From: Alphaproteobacteria bacterium
GTDB taxonomy: Bacteria > Pseudomonadota > Alphaproteobacteria > UBA828
Assembly: GCA_963422645.2 (NCBI GenBank)
Contig: CAXXVO010000009.1
Span: 96,001 to 160,000, forward strand
Direction: 5' to 3'
Length of the DNA stretch: 64,000 bases
In this document: one piece after another, positions 58,574-64,000 of the stretch
Position numbering within the stretch: the stretch's first letter is position 1
Layout: each line of letters begins with the position of its first letter
Program-made: the position numbers and the translations under genes
The notes under the pieces: generated by a model
What the model saw: the letters and a program-made list of their open reading frames with translations, nothing else
Databases searched by the model: none
What the model was told of the DNA's origin: nothing

Positions 58574-59387
58574 GCCGGCTTCCTCAGGCGCAGGCGCGCT
58601 GGGCGCGGTGCTCGACGGCGTTGGCCGCGCGGCGGTCGCGGTCAGCGGCGGAGTGGACAGCATGACGCTCGCGCTGCTCGCCGGACGCCGCCTGGGCCGA
58701 GAGAGCGCGATGTTCCACGCCGTCTCGCCTGCGGTGCCGCCGGAAGCGACCGAGCGGGTGCGCGCCTTCGCCGCGCAAGAGGGATGGCGGCTCACGGTCC
58801 TCGATGCCGGCGAGTTCGACGATCCCACCTATCGCGCCAACCCGGCGAACCGTTGTTATTATTGCAAAACAAACCTTTACGGCGCGCTTGCCGCCCGCAC
58901 TGACGCCACCCTGCTCTCCGGGACGAACCTGGACGATCTGGGCGACTGGCGGCCGGGGCTCAAGGCCGCCGGGGAGCACGGCGTGCGCCATCCCTTCGTC
59001 GAGGCCGGCATCGACAAGGCAGGGGTCCGCGCCATCGCGGCGGGCTTAGGCTTTGACGACCTGTCGCAGCTGCCGGCCGCGCCCTGCCTCTCCAGCCGCG
59101 TCGAGACCGGGCTTCGCGTGGAGGCGGACGACCTCGCCTCGATCCACGCCGCCGAGCGCTATCTCACCCGGCAGCTTCGGCCCGAGACGGTGCGCTGCCG
59201 CCGGCGCAAGGCCGGCATCGTGATCGAGCTCGACGCACCGACACTCTATGCGCTGAGCGAGAGCCGCCGCGCCGCGCTCGGCGACACCGTCGCCGGCATG
59301 TTCGCCACGGGCGCCGAGGCCCGGCCGGTCAGCTTCGCCCCCTACCGGGTGGGAAGCGCCTTCCTGAGGCCTGCGCAGCCGGCGTGA
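58566..59387 (+). CDS. larE: ATP-dependent sulfur insertase LarE
   Basis: PP-loop SGGVDS, NRCYYCK, GTNLDDLGDWRPG, PCLSSR. Confidence 0.92.
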   Translation: MTEPASSGAGALGAVLDGVGRAAVAVSGGVDSMTLALLAGRRLGRESAMFHAVSPAVPPEATERVRAFAAQEGWRLTVLDAGEFDDPTYRANPANRCYYCKTNLYGALAARTDATLLSGTNLDDLGDWRPGLKAAGEHGVRHPFVEAGIDKAGVRAIAAGLGFDDLSQLPAAPCLSSRVETGLRVEADDLASIHAAERYLTRQLRPETVRCRRRKAGIVIELDAPTLYALSESRRAALGDTVAGMFATGAEARPVSFAPYRVGSAFLRPAQPA

Positions 59388-60055
59388 GCACGCCCACCGC
59401 CATCACCCTCGATCTCGAGCGCCGCGCGCGCATCGGCATCGAGGAGGCCGTGCTCTGCGAGGGCAAGACGGCGGAGCAGCTGGCAGACATCCTCGCGCGG
59501 GCGGAGGAGGCGGAGCGGAGCCTGCTGCTGACCCGTCTCGCCGCGGCCCAACTCGACGCCCTGCCCGCGGCGCTGGCCGGGCGCATCGACTACGAGCCGC
59601 TGTCGCGCACCGGTGTCTTCGGCACGGTCGCGGCTCCAGAAGGGGCTCCGCGGGTCGCGATCGTCTCCGCCGGGACCTCGGACCAGCCGGTCTGCCGCGA
59701 GGCCGCCCGCACTCTCGCCTATCACGGCCACGCTTCCGCAGAGATCGGCGATGTGGGGGTGGCCGGCCTGTGGCGGCTGATGGACCGGATCGACGAGATC
59801 AGAGCCTATCCCGTCGTCATCGTGGTCGCCGGCATGGACGCCGCGCTGCCCTCTGTGGTGGGCGGGCTGGTACCGGGCTTGGTGATCGCGGTGCCGACGT
59901 CGACCGGCTACGGCGTCGCAAGCGGCGGGTCGGCGGCGATGATGGCCATGCTCGCCTCCTGTGCGCCAGGGGTGGCGGTGGTCAATATCGACAACGGCTA
60001 CGGCGCCGCCTGCGCCGCACTGCGCGCGCTTCCGCTACTCGCCCGGGAAGATTAG
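59384..60055 (+). CDS. larB: Nickel-pincer cofactor carboxylase/hydrolase LarB
   Basis: AGTSD.PV..EA, DVGVAGLWRL, AGMDAALPSV, VPTSTGYG, VVNIDNGYGAA. Confidence 0.93.
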   Translation: MSTPTAITLDLERRARIGIEEAVLCEGKTAEQLADILARAEEAERSLLLTRLAAAQLDALPAALAGRIDYEPLSRTGVFGTVAAPEGAPRVAIVSAGTSDQPVCREAARTLAYHGHASAEIGDVGVAGLWRLMDRIDEIRAYPVVIVVAGMDAALPSVVGGLVPGLVIAVPTSTGYGVASGGSAAMMAMLASCAPGVAVVNIDNGYGAACAALRALPLLARED

Positions 60056-60103
60056 AGCGCCTCCGTCACTGACGGTCGCGCGACAGGCCGTGAGCGATAA
60101 AGG

Positions 60104-60895
60104 TCAGCCCGCGAGGGCGCGGGCGGCGGCGGTGCGCTCGTGCAGCCCGCGCAGCGCGCGCAACTCGTCCGCAGTCGGTGCCGGGGTCACGGTGAGGTCG
60201 TCGGCGACCTTGAGCGGCCAGCCGGTGGCGGCCAGCACGTCGTCGAGTGCCACGCCTGGATGGGTGTGGGTGAGAACCAGCTCGCGGCTCTCCGCATGGG
60301 GTTCGAGCACGCCGAGATCGGTGATGACCGTGCTGGGCCCGCGGCCGGGGAGACCTGAACGCTCGCGCCAGTCGCCGCCGGTCAGGTGGCCGGCCGAGGT
60401 CACGAACTCCACCTTCTCCACGAAGCCGCGCTTCGACTGGCGCATGATGACGAAGACCTCGCCGGCGAGCCCGGCGATCTCCGGCGCGCCGCCGGCGCCG
60501 GGAAGCCGGGTCCTGGGCTGCGCGTAATCGCCGATCACGGTCGTGTTGATGTTGCCGAAGCGGTCGATCTGCGCTGCGCCGAGGAAGCCCACCGTGATGC
60601 GCCCGCCCTGCAGCCAGTAGCGGAAGATCTCGGCGGTGGAGACCACGAAGTCGGCGGTCTCGGCGAGCTCGCTGTCGCCGATGGAGAGCGGCAGCACGGC
60701 GGGCTTCGCGCCGACGGTGCCGGACTCGTAGATCAGCACGGCGTCGGGCGCGTGGCTGACCCGGGCGAGGTTGGCGGCGGCGCTCGGCAGGCCGATGCCC
60801 ACGAAACACACGGTGCCGTTATCGACGAGCCGCGCTGCGGCGACGGTCATCATCTCGTCGGAGGAGAAGGGTTGCTCAGTCATGGGCGCAGTCAT
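60104..60895 (-). CDS. Family I CoA-transferase beta subunit (GctB/CatJ-like)
   Basis: FVGIGLP, LIYESG, GAAQIDRFGNINTT, RLPGAGGAPE. Confidence 0.9.
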   Translation of the reverse strand: MTAPMTEQPFSSDEMMTVAAARLVDNGTVCFVGIGLPSAAANLARVSHAPDAVLIYESGTVGAKPAVLPLSIGDSELAETADFVVSTAEIFRYWLQGGRITVGFLGAAQIDRFGNINTTVIGDYAQPRTRLPGAGGAPEIAGLAGEVFVIMRQSKRGFVEKVEFVTSAGHLTGGDWRERSGLPGRGPSTVITDLGVLEPHAESRELVLTHTHPGVALDDVLAATGWPLKVADDLTVTPAPTADELRALRGLHERTAAARALAG

Positions 60896-61029
60896 AGCCG
60901 CGCAGAGCCCGACCGCGAAAGGGCGAATTTGTCCGCGCCCGGCGCCGCCCTTGCCCGCGCTCGGCCGTTGCGATAGGGAGACCAGCGAGCGGCGGACGCG
61001 GCGCGCCGCGCACGGCGGGACGAGGGGCG

Positions 61030-62010
61030 GTGGCGCTGCTCACGGTCGAGAATCTGACCAAGATCTTCACGGTCGGCAAAGACGAGGACCTGATCGCGGT
61101 CAACAACGTCTCGTTCACGCTTGAGCGCGGCGAGACGCTGGGCTTGGTCGGCGAGAGCGGCTCGGGAAAGACCACGGTCGGCCGCTGCGTGCTGCGCCTG
61201 ATCGAGCCTACCGAGGGGCGGATCGCGCTCGGCGACCAGCAGATCAGCGAGCTCGACCCGGCCGGACTCCGGGCGCTCCGGGCGCGGATGCAGCTCGTCT
61301 TCCAGGACCCCTTCGGCTCGCTCAACCCCAGACTCACGGTCTACCAGACGGTGGACGAGCCGCTCGCGCTGCACGACGTGGGGCGCGCCGAGCGCAGGCC
61401 CCGGGTCGGCGCGATGCTGGAGCGCGTGGGGCTCGGCAGCGACGTCTTCAACTACTATCCGGCGGACCTGACCGCGAGCGAGCAGCAGCGGGTGGGGATT
61501 GCGCGCGCGCTGGTCACCGAGCCCGAGTTCGTGGTGCTCGACGAGCCGACCTCGATGCTGGACCCCTCGGCGCGGGCCGAAATCCTGGACCTGCTCAAGG
61601 CGATCCAGAACGAGACCGAGACCGCCTACATCTTCATCTCCCACGACCTGACCTCGGTTGCGAAGATCAGCCACCGCATCGCGATCATGTACCTCGGCCA
61701 CATCGTCGAGCACGCGCCCACCGACATCATCATGGAGAGCCAGCGCCACCCCTACAGCCGCGCCCTTCTCTCCGCCGTGCTCTTCCCCGATCCGCACCGC
61801 CGGCCCGACCCCTACGTGATCGAGGGCGAGATCCCGACGGCGATCAACCCGAAGCCCGAATGCCCGCTCTACGGCCGCTGCCCGATCCGCGAAGACGCCT
61901 GCCAAGACGCGGTACCGCCGCTGGTTGAGGTGGAGGCGGTGCACTATTCTGCCTGCCGGCGCTGGGACGACGTCGCGGCCTCGATGGCGGACGCGCGCGG
62001 TGCTGCGTAG
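61030..62010 (+). CDS. Oligopeptide/dipeptide ABC ATP-binding protein
   Basis: GESGSGKT, QLVFQDP, VLDEPT, HPYSRALL, C-terminal Cys motif. Confidence 0.92.
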   Translation: MALLTVENLTKIFTVGKDEDLIAVNNVSFTLERGETLGLVGESGSGKTTVGRCVLRLIEPTEGRIALGDQQISELDPAGLRALRARMQLVFQDPFGSLNPRLTVYQTVDEPLALHDVGRAERRPRVGAMLERVGLGSDVFNYYPADLTASEQQRVGIARALVTEPEFVVLDEPTSMLDPSARAEILDLLKAIQNETETAYIFISHDLTSVAKISHRIAIMYLGHIVEHAPTDIIMESQRHPYSRALLSAVLFPDPHRRPDPYVIEGEIPTAINPKPECPLYGRCPIREDACQDAVPPLVEVEAVHYSACRRWDDVAASMADARGAA

Positions 62011-62188
62011 CAAAGCCTGGAGCGGTGAGGCGGGCTGGTTCGCACCCGTCGATGACAAAATCGTTACCGCCAAATTTGAACGAGCGCTTGTTTCAATTTT
62101 CTTCTAATATCCGGCCGCGTGCCGGGACGCGCGCACCTGCGCGCGCGGGCCGACCCTGCGGTGCAGAGGGAGACTGAGGAGAGACGAC

Positions 62189-63856
62189 ATGACCTTGGGT
62201 GACATCACGAGACGCGGCCTCGCGGTCGCAGCCACTGCAGCGCTCGCCGCGCTGGTGGCAGCGGCACCGCCGAAGCCGGCCGCCGCCAATCAGGACACGA
62301 TGGTGATTGCCATCGGCGCCCTGCCGCAGGGCATCGACCTCGACAAGCACGTGAGCCCGCAGACCTGGAGCATGGGCGCACAGGTGCTGGAGGACGGTAT
62401 GAACTGGGAGTCGATCGACTTCCCCTTCTCGACAGGCGACGCCTGGGACCCCTCCACCATCCCGGGCTTCATGTATCCAGACTACATGGGCCAGAAGACC
62501 CTGGTGCCCGGCATCATCGAGAATTGCGAAATGGAGCCGGACGGCAAGCGCGCCGTCTATCACCTGCGCAAGGGCGTGATCTCGCCCTGGGGCAACGAGT
62601 TCACCGCCGACGACATGCTCTGGCGGATCGAGCGCGGCAAGGCCACGGGGGCGATCAACAATTTCCTCGAGTTCCTGCTCAACATGCCGGGCCAGACGAT
62701 CAATCCGCCTGAGAGCGGCGGATACGCCAAGATCGACGACCATACCGTCGAGGTCACCTCGTCCGCGCCCATGCCGCTCGCCTGCAAGGGGCTGACCAAC
62801 TACTACAACGCCTGGCTCGACTCCACCGAGATCATGAAGAACGCCACGGAGGAGGATCCCTGGGGCGACAAGTGGGTGTCGACCAACGGCGGCGGCTTCG
62901 GCGGCTACCGGGTGAGCGAGTGGACCGCCGGCAAGCGGGTCGTCATGGAGGCCAACGAGAACTACTGGCGCGGTGCGCCGGAGATCAAGCGCATCATCTA
63001 CCTGGTGGTGCCGGAATCGGCCAACCGCGTGGCGCTGCTCAAGCAGGGCAAGGTGCACATGGCCGAGGGGCTGTCGCCGGACGAGATCGTAGCGCTCGCT
63101 GACGATCCGAACGCGCGCGGCGTCGCCGTACGCGGCAACCAGTCCATGTGGATGATGATCAACAACACGCTGCCGCCCTACGACAACGTGAAGGTGCGTC
63201 AGGCGATGAATCACCTCATCAACCAGGAGGCGATCATCCGCGACATCTACCACGGCATGATGAACCGCTGGCAGGGCGTGATGCCCAGCACCTATCCGGG
63301 CTACGAAGCGCACCTCAAGTACGACTTCAACCCGGAGAAGGCGAAGGCGCTCCTCGCCGAGGCGGGCTATCCTGACGGCTTCGACGCCGAGCTCTCGTTC
63401 GACGCGGCCGTTTCGGCAATGGAATCCATCGGCGTCCTGCTGCAGAGCGACTTCAGGAAGGCCGGCATCAACCTCTCGCTGAGGAAGCTGCCGACCGCCG
63501 CGAACTCGGACAACGTGATGGGCAAGCAGGGCTCGCTCGCGCTCTGGACGGACATGCCGATTCAGCCGGACATCAACTACGCGCTGAAGCTGGTGTGGCC
63601 GACCAACGCGCTCGTCAACTACCACAACTTCACCGACTCCAAGGTCGACCAGGTGCTGAAGGACGGCGAAGGCGTGGTGGACGCGGAAGCGCGCATCGCA
63701 GCGCACGGCGGCATCCAGGAGTATATTCACGACCTGGCGCCGCTGGGCTGGATCGGCGAGCACTATTTCGCCGTTGGCCTCTCGCGCAAGGTCAGCAACT
63801 TCCGCTGGTACACGACGCAGTACTACCACGTGGCGGAAATGAGCATCGCCGACTGA
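62189..63856 (+). CDS. Family 5 ABC substrate-binding protein, Tat-like signal
   Basis: ITRRGL, LRKGV, FTADD, VRQAMN, AKALLAEAGYPDGF. Confidence 0.92.
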   Translation: MTLGDITRRGLAVAATAALAALVAAAPPKPAAANQDTMVIAIGALPQGIDLDKHVSPQTWSMGAQVLEDGMNWESIDFPFSTGDAWDPSTIPGFMYPDYMGQKTLVPGIIENCEMEPDGKRAVYHLRKGVISPWGNEFTADDMLWRIERGKATGAINNFLEFLLNMPGQTINPPESGGYAKIDDHTVEVTSSAPMPLACKGLTNYYNAWLDSTEIMKNATEEDPWGDKWVSTNGGGFGGYRVSEWTAGKRVVMEANENYWRGAPEIKRIIYLVVPESANRVALLKQGKVHMAEGLSPDEIVALADDPNARGVAVRGNQSMWMMINNTLPPYDNVKVRQAMNHLINQEAIIRDIYHGMMNRWQGVMPSTYPGYEAHLKYDFNPEKAKALLAEAGYPDGFDAELSFDAAVSAMESIGVLLQSDFRKAGINLSLRKLPTAANSDNVMGKQGSLALWTDMPIQPDINYALKLVWPTNALVNYHNFTDSKVDQVLKDGEGVVDAEARIAAHGGIQEYIHDLAPLGWIGEHYFAVGLSRKVSNFRWYTTQYYHVAEMSIAD

Positions 63857-63909
63857 CGGCGAGATTGTAGAGCGTCCCTCGGGACGAGCGCCGATGAAGG
63901 CGCCCGGCG

Positions 63910-63944
63910 GGGGCGGCGGGAGGAACCCGCCGCCCCGGCTTTCG
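63910..63944 (+). terminator. Probable intrinsic terminator hairpin
   Basis: GGGGCGGCGGG-AGGAA-CCCGCCGCCCC then GGCTTTCG (weak U tract). Confidence 0.55.
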
Positions 63945-64000
63945 TGCCCGCCTGCCGCTCTGGCGGCGGGCGCAGCATCCGCCCTGCGCGGCGTCGCGGG

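Noticed and set aside
1-64000. tRNA, rRNA, riboswitch, retron or reverse transcriptase
   Set aside because: None recognised by eye; a covariance-model scan would be needed to exclude small RNAs.

Overview
GC-rich bacterial chromosome segment, probably Alphaproteobacteria (phaR, Rhizobiales/Rhodospirillales-type REP palindromes). Three parts. (1) 1-28.6 kb: nitrogen/amide scavenging and housekeeping genes (two amidases, polyamine-type ABC importer, PhyH dioxygenase, acetamidase, two hydantoinase/oxoprolinase systems, carbonic anhydrase, yceJ/yceI, phaR). (2) 28.7-41.8 kb: an RHH + AAA-ATPase + partner (defence-like) operon broken up by nested mobile elements, several with readable ends and target duplications: an IS66 carrying a DNA adenine methyltransferase, three members of an unclassified HTH-DDE transposon family, a Mu-like prophage end with MuF and portal, an IS4 remnant and an IS1634. 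(3) 41.8-64 kb: Fe-ADH, a GNAT toxin-antitoxin pair, a damaged type I secretion pair, an hmfABCDE-like furoate pathway running straight into larC-larE-larB (nickel-pincer cofactor synthesis) with no larA in the window, and a peptide-type ABC importer. No rRNA, tRNA or CRISPR array was recognised. All product calls come from motif recognition by eye; no database search was run. Best candidates for new biology: hmf-lar coupling, the methyltransferase-carrying IS66, the GANTC-rich Mu-like end and the AGGTT-flanked transposon family.
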